From: Gordius albopunctatus
Lineage: Eukaryota
DNA length: 64,000 nt
NCBI GenBank assembly: GCA_964276515.1
Contig: OZ193909.1
Span: 9,486,001-9,550,000, forward strand
Reading direction: 5' to 3'
Shown: positions 28,301 to 42,900 of the stretch, one piece after another
Position numbering within the stretch: the stretch's first letter is position 1
How the letters are laid out: each line of letters starts with the position of its first letter
The notes under the pieces: generated by a model
What the model was told of the DNA's origin: nothing
Seen by the model: the letters and a program-made list of their open reading frames with translations, nothing else
The model's database searches: none
Position numbers and translations under genes: made by a program

Positions 28301-30723
28301 AGAAAATATTCTTAGCATTATCTCCTTGTTAAAATCCCGATAAGATTTTTCCACTGGGGGAAGTTTTAGATTGAGAGAAATTAAACTTTTCGTGTTGCGT
28401 TTAGATTGTTTCAAGATCGCTTTCTAATTTCGTCTATAGTTTTTGTGAAACAAGCTCTATGTGATCGTGATTCAAAGTTAATAATTTTTGAGGACTGATC
28501 AAAAAATTTTTTTAACGAATTCACCTCTGATATCGAAAACTTTCATGAGGGCTATATGGTTGAACAAAAAATTTAAAAAATTTTGAGGTCGAAAAAAATA
28601 TTTATTTTCATATTCTTTCGAAAGGGGGCGGAAGAAATAATTAAAAGATAGTAAATATTCTTAGCATTATGTCCTTGTTAAAATCCCGATAAGAATTTTT
28701 GCACGGGTGGAGTTTTAGATTGAGAAAAACTAAACTTTTCGTGTTGCGTTTAGATTTTTTCAAAATCGTTTTCTAATCGCGTCTCTAGTTTTTATGAAAC
28801 AAGCTCTATGTGATTATGATTAAAAGTTAATAATTTTTGAGGACTGATCAAAAATTATTTTTAACGAATTCACCTCTGACATCGAAAACTTTCACGAGGG
28901 CTATATGCTCTAACAAAAAAAATTGACAAAAATTTTGAGGTCGAAAAAAATATTTATTTTCATATTATTTGGAAAGGTGGCTGAAAAAATGTTTAAAAGT
29001 CAGTAAATATTCTTAGCATTATGTCCTTGTTAAAATCCCGATAAGAATTTTTTCACGGGGGGAAGTTTTAGATTGAGAGAAACTAAACTTTTTATGTTGC
29101 GTTTAGATTGTTTCAAAATCGCTTTCTAAGCCTGTCTTTAGTTTTTGTGAAACAAGCTCTAGGTGATCGTGATTCAAAGTTAATAATTTTTGAGGACTGA
29201 TCAAAAAATTTTTTTAACGAATTCACCTCTGATATCGAAAACTTTCATGAGGGCTATATGGTTGAACAAAAAATTTAAAAAATTTTGAGGTCGAAAAAAA
29301 TATTTATTTTCATATTCTTTCGAAAGGGGGCTGAAGAAATAATTAAAAGATAGTAAATATTCTTAGCATTATGTCCTTGTTAAAATCCCTATAAGAATTT
29401 TTGCACGGGGGGAAGTTTTAGATTGAGAGAAACTAAACTTTTTATGTTGCGTTTAGATTGTTTTTAAATCGCTTTCTAAGCCTGTCTTTAGTTTTTGTGA
29501 AACAAGCTCTAGGTGATCGTGATTCAAAGTTAATAATTTTTGAGGACTGATCAAAAAATTTTTTTAACGAATTCACCTCTGATATTGAAAACTTTCACGA
29601 GGGCTATATACTTTAACAAAAAAAATTGACAAATATTTTGAGGTCGAAAAAATTATTTATTTTCATATTATTTGGAAAGGTGGCTGAAAAAATGTTTAAA
29701 AGTCAGTAAATATTCTTAGCATTATGTCCTTGTTAAAATCCCGATAAGAATTTTTTCACGGGGGGAAGTTTTAGATTGAGAGAAACTAAACTTTTTATGT
29801 TGCGTTTAGATTGTTTCAAAATCGCTTTCTAAGCCTGTCTTTAGTTTTTGTGAAACAAGCTCTAGGTGATCGTGATTCAAAGTTAATAATTTTTGAGGAC
29901 TGATCAAAAAATTTTTTTAACGAATTCACCTCTGATATCGAAAACTTTCATGAGGGCTATATGGTTGAACAAAAAATTTAAAAAATTTTGAGGTCGAAAA
30001 AAATATTTATTTTCATATTCTTTCGAAAGGGGGCGGAAGAAATAATTAAAAGATAGTAAATATTCTTAGCATTATGTCCTTGTTAAAATCCCGATAAGAA
30101 TTTTTGCACGGGTGGAGTTTTAGATTGAGAAAAACTAAACTTTTCGTGTTGCGTTTAGATTTTTTCAAAATCGTTTTCTAATCGCGTCTCTAGTTTTTAT
30201 GAAACAAGCTCTATGTGATTATGATTAAAAGTTAATAATTTTTGAGGACTGATCAAAAATTATTTTTAACGAATTCACCTCTGACATCGAAAACTTTCAC
30301 GGGGGCTATATGCTCTAACAAAAAAAATTGACAAAAATTTTGAGGTCGAAAAAAATATTTATTTTCATATTATTTGTAAAGGAAGCTGAAAAAATCTTTA
30401 AAAGTCAGAAAATATTCTTAGCATTATGTCCTTTTTAAAATCTCGATAAGATTTTTCCACTGGGGGAAATTTTAGATTGAGAGAAATTAAACTTTTCGTG
30501 TTGCGTTTAGATTGTTTCAAGATCGCTTTCTAATTTCGTCTATAGTTTTTGTGAAACAAGCTCTAGGTAATCGTGATTCAAAGTTAATAATTTTTGAGGA
30601 CTGATCAAAAAATTTTTTTAACGAATTCACCTCTGATATTGAAAACTTTCACGAGGGCTATATACTTTAACAAAAAAAATTGACAAAAATTTTGAGGTCG
30701 AAAAAAATATTTATTTTCATATT
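25320..30723 (+). repeat. Nested ~8-monomer duplication (offset 2,806-2,807 bp), repeated again at ~40040-45445
   Basis: tatCtcc 25516/28322 and gaaaaaaTtatt 26846/29653; cccTataag, cacgGgggct and ggtAatcg recur at the same offset. Confidence 0.88.
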
Positions 30724-33700
30724 ATTTGGAAAGGTGGCTGAAAAAATGTTTAAAAGTCAGTAAATATTCTTAGCATTATGTCCTTGTAAAAAACCCGATA
30801 AGAATTTTTTCACGGGGGGAAGTTTTAGATTGAGAGAAACTAAACTTTTTATGTTGCGTTTAGATTGTTTCAAAATCGCTTTCTAAGCCTGTCTTTAGTT
30901 TTTGTGAAACAAGCTCTAGGTGATCGTGATTCAAAGTTAATAATTTTTGAGGACTGATCAAAAATTATTTTTAACGAATTCACCTCTGACATCGAAAACT
31001 TTCACGAGGGCTATATGCTCTAACAAAAAAAATTGACAAAAATTTTGAGGTCGAAAAAAATATTTATTTTCATATTATTTGGAAAGGGGGATGAAAAAAT
31101 GTTTAAAAGTCAGTAAATATTCTTAGCATTATGTCCTTGTTAAAATCCCGATAAGAATTTTTTCACGGGGGGGAAGTTTTAGATTGAGAGAAACTAAACT
31201 TTTTATGTTGCCTTTAGATTGTTTTTAAATCGCTTTCTAAGCCTGTCTTTAGTTTTTGTGAAACAAGCTCTAGGTGATCGTGATTCAAAGTTAATAATTT
31301 TTGAGGACTGATCAAAAAAATTTTTTAATGAATTCACCTCTGATATTGAAAACTTTCACGAGGGCTATATACTTTAACAAAAAAAATTGACAAAAATTTT
31401 GAGGTCGAAAAAAATATTTATTTTCATATTATTTGGAAAGGTGGCTGAAAAAATGTTTAAAAGTCAGTAAATATTCTTAGCATTATGTCCTTGTTAAAAT
31501 CCCGATAAGAATTTTTTCACGGGGGGAAGTTTTAGATTGAGAGAAACTAAACTTTTTATGTTGCGTTTAGATTGTTTCAAAATCGCTTTCTAAGCCTGTC
31601 TTTAGTTTTTGTGAAACAAGCTCTAGGTGATCGTGATTCAAAGTTAATAATTTTTGAGGACTGATCAAAAAATTTTTTTAACGAATTCACCTCTGATATC
31701 GAAAACTTTCATGAGGGCTATATGGTTGAACAAAAAATTAAAAAAATTTTGAGGTCGAAAAAAATATTTATTTTCATATTCTTTCGAAAGGGGGTGGAAG
31801 AAATAATTAAAAGATAGTAAATATTCTTAGCATTATGTCCTTGTTAAAATCCCGATAAGAATTTTTGCACGGGGGGAAGTTTTAGATTGAGAGAAACTAA
31901 ACTTTTTATGTTGCGTTTAGATCGTTTTGAAATCGCTTTCTAAGCCTATCTTTAGTTTTTGTGAAACAAGCTCTAGGTGATCGTGATTCAAAGTTAATAA
32001 TTTTTGAGGACTGATCAAAAAATTTTTTTAACGAATTCACCTCTAATATTGAAAACTTTCACGAGGGCTATATACTTTAACAAAAAAAATTGACAAAAAT
32101 TTTGAGGTCGAAAAAAATATTTATTTTCATATTATTTGGAAAGGTGGCTGAAAAAATGTTTAAAAGTCAGTAAATATTCTTAGCATTATGTCCTTGTTAA
32201 AATCCCGATAAGAATTTTTTCACGGGGGGAAGTTTTAGATTGAGAGAAACTAAACTTTTTATGTTGCGTTTAGATTGTTTCAAAATCGCTTTCTAAGCCT
32301 GTCTTTAGTTTTTGTGAAACAAGCTCTAGGTGATCGTGATTCAAAGTTAATAATTTTTGAGGACTGATCAAAAAATTTTTTTAACGAATTCACCTCTGAT
32401 ATCGAAAACTTTCATGAGGGCTATATGGTTGAACAAAAAATTTAAAAAATTTTGAGGTCGAAAAAAATATTTATTTTCATATTATTTGTAAAGGAAGCTG
32501 AAAAAATCTTTAAAAGTCAGAAAATATTCTTAGCATTATGTCCTTGTTAAAATCCCGATAAGATTTTTCCACTGGGGGAAGTTTTAGATTGAGAGAAATT
32601 AAACTTTTCGTGTTGCGTTTAGATTGTTTCAAGATCGCTTTCTAATTTCGTCTATAGTTTTTGTGAAACAAGCTCTATGTGATCGTGATTCAAAGTTAAT
32701 AATTTTTGAGGACTGATCAAAAAAATTTTTTAACGAATTCACCTCTGATATCGAAAACTTTCATGAGGGCTATATGGTTGAACAAAAAATTTAAAAAATT
32801 TTGAGGTCGAAAAAAATATTTATTTTCATATTATTTGGAAAGGTGGCTGAAAAAATGTTTAAAAGTCAGTAAATATTCTTAGCATTATGTCCTTGTTAAA
32901 ATCCCGATAAGAATTTTTTCACGGGGGGAAGTTTTAGATTGAGAGAAACTAAACTTTTTATGTTGCGTTTAGATTGTTTCAAAATCGCTTTCTAAGCCTG
33001 TCTTTAGTTTTTGTGAAACAAGCTCTAGGTGATCGTGATTCAAAGTTAATAATTTTTGAGGACTGATCAAAAAATTTTTTTAACGAATTCACCTCTGATA
33101 TCGAAAACTTTCATGAGGGCTATATGGTTGAACAAAAAATTTAAAAAATTTTGAGGTCGAAAAAAATATTTATTTTCATATTCTTTCGAAAGGGGGCGGA
33201 AGAAATAATTAAAAGATAGTAAATATTCTTAGCATTATGTCCTTGTTAAAATCCCGATAAGAATTTTTGCACGGGTGGAGTTTTAGATTGAGAAAAACTA
33301 AACTTTTCGTGTTGCGTTTAGATTTTTTCAAAATCGTTTTCTAATCGCGTCTCTAGTTTTTATGAAACAAGCTCTATGTGATTATGATTAAAAGTTAATA
33401 ATTTTTGAGGACTGATCAAAAATTATTTTTAACGAATTCACCTCTGACATCGAAAACTTTCACGGGGGCTATATGCTCTAACAAAAAAAATTGACAAATA
33501 TTTTGAGGTCGAAAAAAATATTTATTTTCATATTATTTGGAAAGGTGGCTGAAAAAATGTTTAAAAGTCAGTAAATATTCTTAGCATTATGTCCTTGTTA
33601 AAATCCCGATAAGAATTTTTTCACGGGGGGAAGTTTTAGATTGAGAGAAACTAAACTTTTTATGTTGCGTTTAGATTGTTTCAAAATCGCTTTCTAAGCC

Positions 33701-36700
33701 TGTCTTTAGTTTTTGTGAAACAAGCTCTAGGTGATCGTGATTCAAAGTTAATAATTTTTGAGGACTGATCAAAAAATTTTTTTAACGAATTCACCTCTGA
33801 TATCGAAAACTTTCATGAGGGCTATATGGTTGAACAAAAAATTTAAAAAATTATGAGGTCGAAAAAAATATTTATTTTCATATTATTTGTAAAGGAAGCT
33901 GAAAAAATCTTTAAAAGTCAGAAAATATTCTTAGCATTATGTCCTTGTTAAAATCCCGATAAGATTTTTCCACTGGGGGAAGTTTTAGATTGAGAGAAAT
34001 TAAACTTTTCGTGTTGGGTTTAGATTGTTTCAAGATCGCTTTCTAATTTCGTCTATAGTTTTTGTGAAACAAGCTCTATGTGATCGTGATTCAAAGTTAA
34101 TAATTTTTGAGGACTGATCAAAAAAATTTTTTAACGAATTCACCTCTGATATTGAAAACTTTCACGAGGGCTATATACTTTAACAAAAAAAATTGACAAA
34201 TATTTTGAGGTCGAAAAAAATATTTATTTTCATATTCTTTCGAAAGGGGGCTGAAGAAATAATTAAAAGATAGTAAATATTCTTAGCATTATGTCCTTGT
34301 TAAAATCCCGATAAGAATTTTTGCACGGGGGGAAGTTTTAGATTGAGAGAAACTAAACTTTTTATGTTGCGTTTAGATTGTTTTTAAATCGCTTTCTAAG
34401 CCTGTCTTTAGTTTTTGTGAAACAAGCTCTAGGTGATCGTGATTCAAAGTTAATAATTTTTGAGGACTGATCAAAAAATTTTTTTAACGAATTCACCTCT
34501 GATATTGAAAACTTTCACGAGGGCTATATACTTTAACAAAAAAAATTGACAAATATTTTGAGGTCGAAAAAAATATTTATTTTCATATTATTTGGAAAGG
34601 GGGATGAAAAAATCTTTAAAAGTCAATAAATATTCTTAGTATTATGTCCTTGTTAAAATCCCGATAAGAATTTTTGCACGGGGGGAAGTTTTAGATTGAG
34701 AGAAACTAAACTTTTTATGTTGCGTTTAGATTGTTTTTAAATCGCTTTCTAAGCCTGTCTTTAGTTTTTGTGAAACAAGCTCTAGGTGATCGTGATTCAA
34801 AGTTAATAATTTTTGAGGACTGACCTAAAAAATTTTTTTTAACGAATTCACCTCTGATATCGAAAACTTTCATGAGGGCTATATGGTTGAACAAAAAATT
34901 TAAAAAATTTTGAGGTCGAAAAAAATATTTATTTTCATATTATTTGTAAAGGAAGCTGAAAAAATCTTTAAAAGTCAGAAAATATTCTTAGCATTATGTC
35001 CTTTTTAAAATCTCGATAAGATTTTTCCACTGGGGGAAATTTTAGATTGAGAGAAATTAAACTTTTCGTGTTGCGTTTAGATTGTTTCAAGATCGCTTTC
35101 TAATTTCGTCTATAGTTTTTGTGAAACAAGCTATATGTGATCGTGATTCAAAGTTAATAATTTTTGAGGACTGATCAAAAAAATTTTTTAACGAATTCAC
35201 CTCTGATATCGAAAACTTTCATGAGGGCTATATGGTTGAACAAAAAATTTAAAAAATTTTGAGGTCGAAAAAAATATTTATTTTCATATTCTTTCGAAAG
35301 GGGGCTGAAGAAATAATTAAAAGATAGTAAATATTCTTAGCATTATGTCCTTGTTAAAATCCCGATAAGAATTTTTGCACGGGGGGAAGTTTTAGATTGA
35401 GAGAAACTAAACTTTTTATGTTGCGTTTAGATTGTTTTTAAATCGCTTTCTAAGACTGTCTTTAGTTTTTGTGAAACAAGCTCTAGGTGATCGTGATTCA
35501 AAGTTAATAATTTTTGAGGACTGATCAAAAAATTTTTTTAACGAATTCACCTCTGATATTGAAAACTTTCACGAGGGCTATATACCTTAACAAAAAAAAT
35601 TGACAAATATTTTGAGGTCGAAAAAAATATTTATTTTCATATTATTTGGAAAGGTGGCTGAAAAAATGTTTAAAAGTCAGTAAATATTCTTAGCATTATG
35701 TCCTTGTTAAAATCCCGATAAGAATTTTTTCACGGGGGGAAGTTTTAGATTGAGAGAAACTAAACTTTTTATGTTGCGTTTAGATTGTTTCAAAATCGCT
35801 TTCTAAGCCTGTCTTTAGTTTTTGTGAAACAAGCTCTAGGTGATCGTGATTCAAAGTTAATAATTTTTGAGGACTGATCAAAAAATTTTTTTAACGAATT
35901 CACCTCTGATATCGAAAACTTTCATGAGGGCTATATGGTTGAACAAAAAATTTAAAAAATTATGAGGTCGAAAAAAATATTTATTTTCATATTATTTGTA
36001 AAGGAAGCTGAAAAAATCTTTAAAAGTCAGAAAATATTCTTAGCATTATGTCCTTGTTAAAATCCCGATAAGATTTTTCCACTGGGGGAAGTTTTAGATT
36101 GAGAGAAATTAAACTTTTCGTGTTGGGTTTAGATTGTTTCAAGATCGCTTTCTAATTTCGTCTATAGTTTTTGTGAAACAAGCTCTATGTGATCGTGATT
36201 CAAAGTTAATAATTTTTGAGGACTGATCAAAAAAATTTTTTAACGAATTCACCTCTGATATCGAAAACTTTCATGAGGGCTATATGGTTGAACAAAAAAT
36301 TTAAAAAATTTTGAGGTCGAAAAAAATATTTATTTTCATATTCTTTCGAAAGGGGGCTGAAGAAATAATTAAAAGATAGTAAATATTCTTAGCATTATGT
36401 CCTTGTTAAAATCCCGATAAGAATTTTTGCACGGGGGGAAGTTTTAGATTGAGAGAAACTAAACTTTTTATGTTGCGTTTAGATTGTTTTTAAATCGCTT
36501 TCTAAGCCTGTCTTTAGTTTTTGTGAAACAAGCTCTAGGTGATCGTGATTCAAAGTTAATAATTTTTGAGGACTGATCAAAAAAATTTTTTAACGAATTC
36601 ACCTCTGATATTGAAAACTTTCACGAGGGCTATATACTTTAACAAAAAAAATTGACAAAAATTTTGAGGTCGAAAAAAATATTTATTTTCATATTATTTG

Positions 36701-36919
36701 GAAAGGTGGCTGAAAAAATGTTTAAAAGTCAGTAAATATTCATAGCATTATGTCCTTGTTAAAATCCCGATAAGAATTTTTTCACGGGGGGAAGTTTTAG
36801 ATTGAGAGAAACTAAACTTTTCGTGTTGCGTTTAGATTGTTTCAAAATCGCTTTCTAATCGCGTCTCTAGTTTTTATGAAACAAGCTCTCTGTGATTATG
36901 ATTAAAAGTTCATAATTTT

Positions 36920-36970
36920 TGAGGACTGATCAAAAATTATTTTAAAACTTTCACGAGGGCGATATGCTCT
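36920..36970 (+). repeat. Monomer variant with a 23-bp deletion removing the EcoRI site; second copy at 51665
   Basis: Junction aaaaattatttt|aaaactttc lacks taacgaattcacctctgacatcg. Confidence 0.95.
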
Positions 36971-39900
36971 AACAAAAAAAATTGACAAAAATTTTGAGGT
37001 CGAAAAAAATATTTATTTTCATATTATTTGGAAAGGTGGCTGAAAAAATGTTTAAAAGTCAGTAAATATTCATAGCATTATGTCCTTGTTAAAATCCCGA
37101 TAAGAATTTTTGCACGGGGGGAAGTTTTAGATTGAGAGAAACTAAACTTTTTATGTTGCGTTTAGATTGTTTTTAAATCGCTTTCTAAGCCTGTCTTTAG
37201 TTTTTGTGAAACAAGCTATATGTGATCGTGATTCAAAGTTTAATTTTTGAGGACTGATCAAAAAAATTTTTTAACGAATTCACCTCTGATATCGAAAACT
37301 TTCATGAGGGCTATATGGTTGAACAAAAAATTTAAAAAATTTTGAGGTCGAAAAAAATATTTATTTTCATATTCTTTCGAAAGGGGGCTGAAGAAATAAT
37401 TAAAAGATAGTAAATATTCTTAGCATTATGTCCTTGTTAAAATCCCGATAAGAATTTTTGCACGGGGGGAAGTTTTAGATTGAGAGAAACTAAACTTTTT
37501 ATGTTGCGTTTAGATTGTTTTTAAATCGCTTTCTAAGCCTGTCTTTAGTTTTTGTGAAACAAGCTCTAGGTGTTCGTGATTCAAAGTTAATAATTTTTGA
37601 GGACTGATCAAAAAATTTTTTTAACGAATTCACCTCTGATATTGAAAACTTTCACGAGGGCTATATACTTTAACAAAAAAAATTGACAAAAATTTTGAGG
37701 TCGAAAAAAATATTTATTTTCATATTATTTGGAAAGGTGGCTGAAAAAATGTTTAAAAGTCAGTAAATATTCTTAGCATTATGTCCTTGTTAAAATCCCG
37801 ATAAGAATTTTTTCACGGGGGGAAGTTTTAGATTGAGAGAAACTAAACTTTTTATGTTGCGTTTAGATTGTTTCAAAATCGCTTTCTAAGCCTGTCTTTA
37901 GTTTTTGTGAAACAAGCTCTAGGTGATCGTGATTCAAAGTTAATAATTTTTGAGGACTGATCAAAAAATTTTTTTAACGAATTCACCTCTGATATCGAAA
38001 ACTTTCATGAGGGCTATATGGTTGAACAAAAAATTTAAAAAATTTTGAGGTCGAAAAAAATATTTATTTTCATATTATTTGTAAAGGAAGCTGAAAAAAT
38101 CTTTAAAAGTCAGAAAATATTCTTAGCATTATGTCCTTGTTAAAATCCCGATAAGATTTTTCCACTGGGGGAAGTTTTAGATTGAGAGAAACTAAACTTT
38201 TTATGTTGCGTTTAGATTGTTTCAAAATCGCTTTCTAATCGCGTCTCTAGTTTTTGTGAAACAAGCTCTAGGTGATCGTGATTCAAAGTTAATAATTTTT
38301 GAGGACTGATCAAAAAATTTTTTTAACGAATTCACCTCTGATATCGAAAACTTTCATGAGGGCTATATGGTTGAACAAAAAATTTAAAAAATTTTGAGGT
38401 CGAAAAAAATATTTATTTTCATATTATTTGGAAAGGGGGATGAAAAAATGTTTAAAAGTCAGTAAATATTCTTAGCATTATGTCCTTGTTAAAATCCCGA
38501 TAAGAATTTTTTCACGGGGGGGAAGTTTTAGATTGAGAGAAACTAAACTTTTTATGTTGCGTTTAGATTGTTTTTAAATCGCTTTCTAAGCCTGTCTTTA
38601 GTTTTTGTGAAACAAGCTCTAGGTGATCGTGATTCAAAGTTAATAATTTTTGAGGACTGATCAAAAAATTTTTTTAATGAATTCACCTCTGATATTGAAA
38701 ACTTTCACGAGGGCTATATACTTTAACAAAAAAAATTGACAAAAATTTTGAGGTCGAAAAAAATATTTATTTTCATATTATTTGGAAAGGTGGCTGAAAA
38801 AATGTTTAAAAGTCAGTAAATATTCTTAGCATTATGTCCTTGTTAAAATCCAGATAAGAATTTTTTCACGGGGGGAAGTTTTAGATTGAGAGAAACTAAA
38901 CTTTTTATGTTGCGTTTAGATTGTTTCAAAATCGCTTTCTAAGCCTGTCTTTAGTTTTTGTGAAACAAGCTCTAGGTGATCGTGATTCAAAGTTAATAAT
39001 TTTTGAGGACTGATCAAAAAATTTTTTTAACGAATTCACCTCTGATATTGAAAACTTTCACGAGGGCTATATACTTTAACAAAAAAAATTGACAAAAATT
39101 TTGAGGTCGAAAAAAATATTTATTTTCATATTATTTGGAAAGGTGGCTGAAAAAATGTTTAAAAGTCAGTAAATATTCTTAGCATTATGTCCTTGTTAAA
39201 ATCCCGATAAGAATTTTTTCACGGGGGGAAGTTTTAGATTGAGAGAAACTAAACTTTTTATGTTGCGTTTAGATTGTTTCAAAATCGCTTTCTAAGCCTG
39301 TCTTTAGTTTTTGTGAAACAAGCTCTAGGTGATCGTGATTCAAAGTTAATAATTTTTGAGGACTGATCAAAAAATTTTTTTAACGAATTCACCTCTGATA
39401 TCGAAAACTTTCATGAGGGCTATATGGTTGAACAAAAAATTTAAAAAATTTTGAGGTCGAAAAAAATATTTATTTTCATATTATTTGTAAAGGAAGCTGA
39501 AAAAATCTTTAAAAGTCAGAAAATATTCTTAGCATTATGTCCTTGTTAAAATCCCGATAAGATTTTTCCACTGGGGGAAGTTTTAGATTGAGAGAAATTA
39601 AACTTTTCGTGTTGCGTTTAGATTGTTTCAAGATCGCTTTCTAATTTCGTCTATAGTTTTTGTGAAACAAGCTCTATGTGATCGTGATTCAAAGTTAATA
39701 ATTTTTGAGGACTGATCAAAAAATTTTTTTAACGAATTCACCTCTGATATCGAAAACTTTCATGAGGGCTATATGGTTGAACAAAAAATTTAAAAAATTT
39801 TGAGGTCGAAAAAAATATTTATTTTCATATTATTTGTAAAGGAAGCTGAAAAAATCTTTAAAAGTCAGAAAATATTCTTAGCATTATGTCCTTGTTAAAA

Positions 39901-42900
39901 TCCCGATAAGATTTTTCCACTGGGGGAAGTTTTAGATTGAGAGAAATTAAACTTTTCGTGTTGCGTTTAGATTGTTTCAAGATCGCTTTCTAATTTCGTC
40001 TATAGTTTTTGTGAAACAAGCTCTATGTGATCGTGATTCAAAGTTAATAATTTTTGAGGACTGATCAAAAAAATTTTTTAACGAATTCACCTCTGATATC
40101 GAAAACTTTCATGAGGGCTATATGGTTGAACAAAAAATTTAAAAAATTTTGAGGTCGAAAAAAATATTTATTTTCATATTATTTGTAAAGGAAGCTGAAA
40201 AAATCTTTAAAAGTCAGAAAATATTCTTAGCATTATCTCCTTGTTAAAATCCCGATAAGATTTTTCCACTGGGGGAAGTTTTAGATTGAGAGAAATTAAA
40301 CTTTTCGTGTTGCGTTTAGATTGTTTCAAGATCGCTTTCTAATTTCGTCTATAGTTTTTGTGAAACAAGCTCTATGTGATCGTGATTCAAAGTTAATAAT
40401 TTTTGAGGACTGATCAAAAAATTTTTTTAACGAATTCACCTCTGATATCGAAAACTTTCATGAGGGCTATATGGTTGAACAAAAAATTTAAAAAATTTTG
40501 AGGTCGAAAAAAATATTTATTTTCATATTCTTTCGAAAGGGGGCGGAAGAAATAATTAAAAGATAGTAAATATTCTTAGCATTATGTCCTTGTTAAAATC
40601 CCGATAAGAATTTTTGCACGGGTGGAGTTTTAGATTGAGAAAAACTAAACTTTTCGTGTTGCGTTTAGATTTTTTCAAAATCGTTTTCTAATCGCGTCTC
40701 TAGTTTTTATGAAACAAGCTCTATGTGATTATGATTAAAAGTTAATAATTTTTGAGGACTGATCAAAAATTATTTTTAACGAATTCACCTCTGACATCGA
40801 AAACTTTCACGAGGGCTATATGCTCTAACAAAAAAAATTGACAAAAATTTTGAGGTCGAAAAAAATATTTATTTTCATATTATTTGGAAAGGTGGCTGAA
40901 AAAATGTTTAAAAGTCAGTAAATATTCTTAGCATTATGTCCTTGTTAAAATCCCGATAAGAATTTTTTCACGGGGGGAAGTTTTAGATTGAGAGAAACTA
41001 AACTTTTTATGTTGCGTTTAGATTGTTTCAAAATCGCTTTCTAAGCCTGTCTTTAGTTTTTGTGAAACAAGCTCTAGGTGATCGTGATTCAAAGTTAATA
41101 ATTTTTGAGGACTGATCAAAAAATTTTTTTAACGAATTCACCTCTGATATCGAAAACTTTCATGAGGGCTATATGGTTGAACAAAAAATTTAAAAAATTT
41201 TGAGGTCGAAAAAAATATTTATTTTCATATTCTTTCGAAAGGGGGCTGAAGAAATAATTAAAAGATAGTAAATATTCTTAGCATTATGTCCTTGTTAAAA
41301 TCCCTATAAGAATTTTTGCACGGGGGGAAGTTTTAGATTGAGAGAAACTAAACTTTTTATGTTGCGTTTAGATTGTTTTTAAATCGCTTTCTAAGCCTGT
41401 CTTTAGTTTTTGTGAAACAAGCTCTAGGTGATCGTGATTCAAAGTTAATAATTTTTGAGGACTGATCAAAAAATTTTTTTAACGAATTCACCTCTGATAT
41501 TGAAAACTTTCACGAGGGCTATATACTTTAACAAAAAAAATTGACAAATATTTTGAGGTCGAAAAAATTATTTATTTTCATATTATTTGGAAAGGTGGCT
41601 GAAAAAATGTTTAAAAGTCAGTAAATATTCTTAGCATTATGTCCTTGTTAAAATCCCGATAAGAATTTTTTCACGGGGGGAAGTTTTAGATTGAGAGAAA
41701 CTAAACTTTTTATGTTGCGTTTAGATTGTTTCAAAATCGCTTTCTAAGCCTGTCTTTAGTTTTTGTGAAACAAGCTCTAGGTGATCGTGATTCAAAGTTA
41801 ATAATTTTTGAGGACTGATCAAAAAATTTTTTTAACGAATTCACCTCTGATATCGAAAACTTTCATGAGGGCTATATGGTTGAACAAAAAATTTAAAAAA
41901 TTTTGAGGTCGAAAAAAATATTTATTTTCATATTCTTTCGAAAGGGGGCGGAAGAAATAATTAAAAGATAGTAAATATTCTTAGCATTATGTCCTTGTTA
42001 AAATCCCGATAAGAATTTTTGCACGGGTGGAGTTTTAGATTGAGAAAAACTAAACTTTTCGTGTTGCGTTTAGATTTTTTCAAAATCGTTTTCTAATCGC
42101 GTCTCTAGTTTTTATGAAACAAGCTCTATGTGATTATGATTAAAAGTTAATAATTTTTGAGGACTGATCAAAAATTATTTTTAACGAATTCACCTCTGAC
42201 ATCGAAAACTTTCACGGGGGCTATATGCTCTAACAAAAAAAATTGACAAAAATTTTGAGGTCGAAAAAAATATTTATTTTCATATTATTTGTAAAGGAAG
42301 CTGAAAAAATCTTTAAAAGTCAGAAAATATTCTTAGCATTATGTCCTTTTTAAAATCTCGATAAGATTTTTCCACTGGGGGAAATTTTAGATTGAGAGAA
42401 ATTAAACTTTTCGTGTTGCGTTTAGATTGTTTCAAGATCGCTTTCTAATTTCGTCTATAGTTTTTGTGAAACAAGCTCTAGGTAATCGTGATTCAAAGTT
42501 AATAATTTTTGAGGACTGATCAAAAAATTTTTTTAACGAATTCACCTCTGATATTGAAAACTTTCACGAGGGCTATATACTTTAACAAAAAAAATTGACA
42601 AAAATTTTGAGGTCGAAAAAAATATTTATTTTCATATTCTTTCGAAAGGGGGCGGAAGAAATAATTAAAAGATAGTAAATATTCTTAGCATTATGTCCTT
42701 GTTAAAATCCCGATAAGAATTTTTGCACGGGTGGAGTTTTAGATTGAGAAAAACTAAACTTTTCGTGTTGCGTTTAGATTTTTTCAAAATCGTTTTCTAA
42801 TCGCGTCTCTAGTTTTTATGAAACAAGCTCTATGTGATTATGATTAAAAGTTAATAATTTTTGAGGACTGATCAAAAAAATTTTTTAACGAATTCACCTC

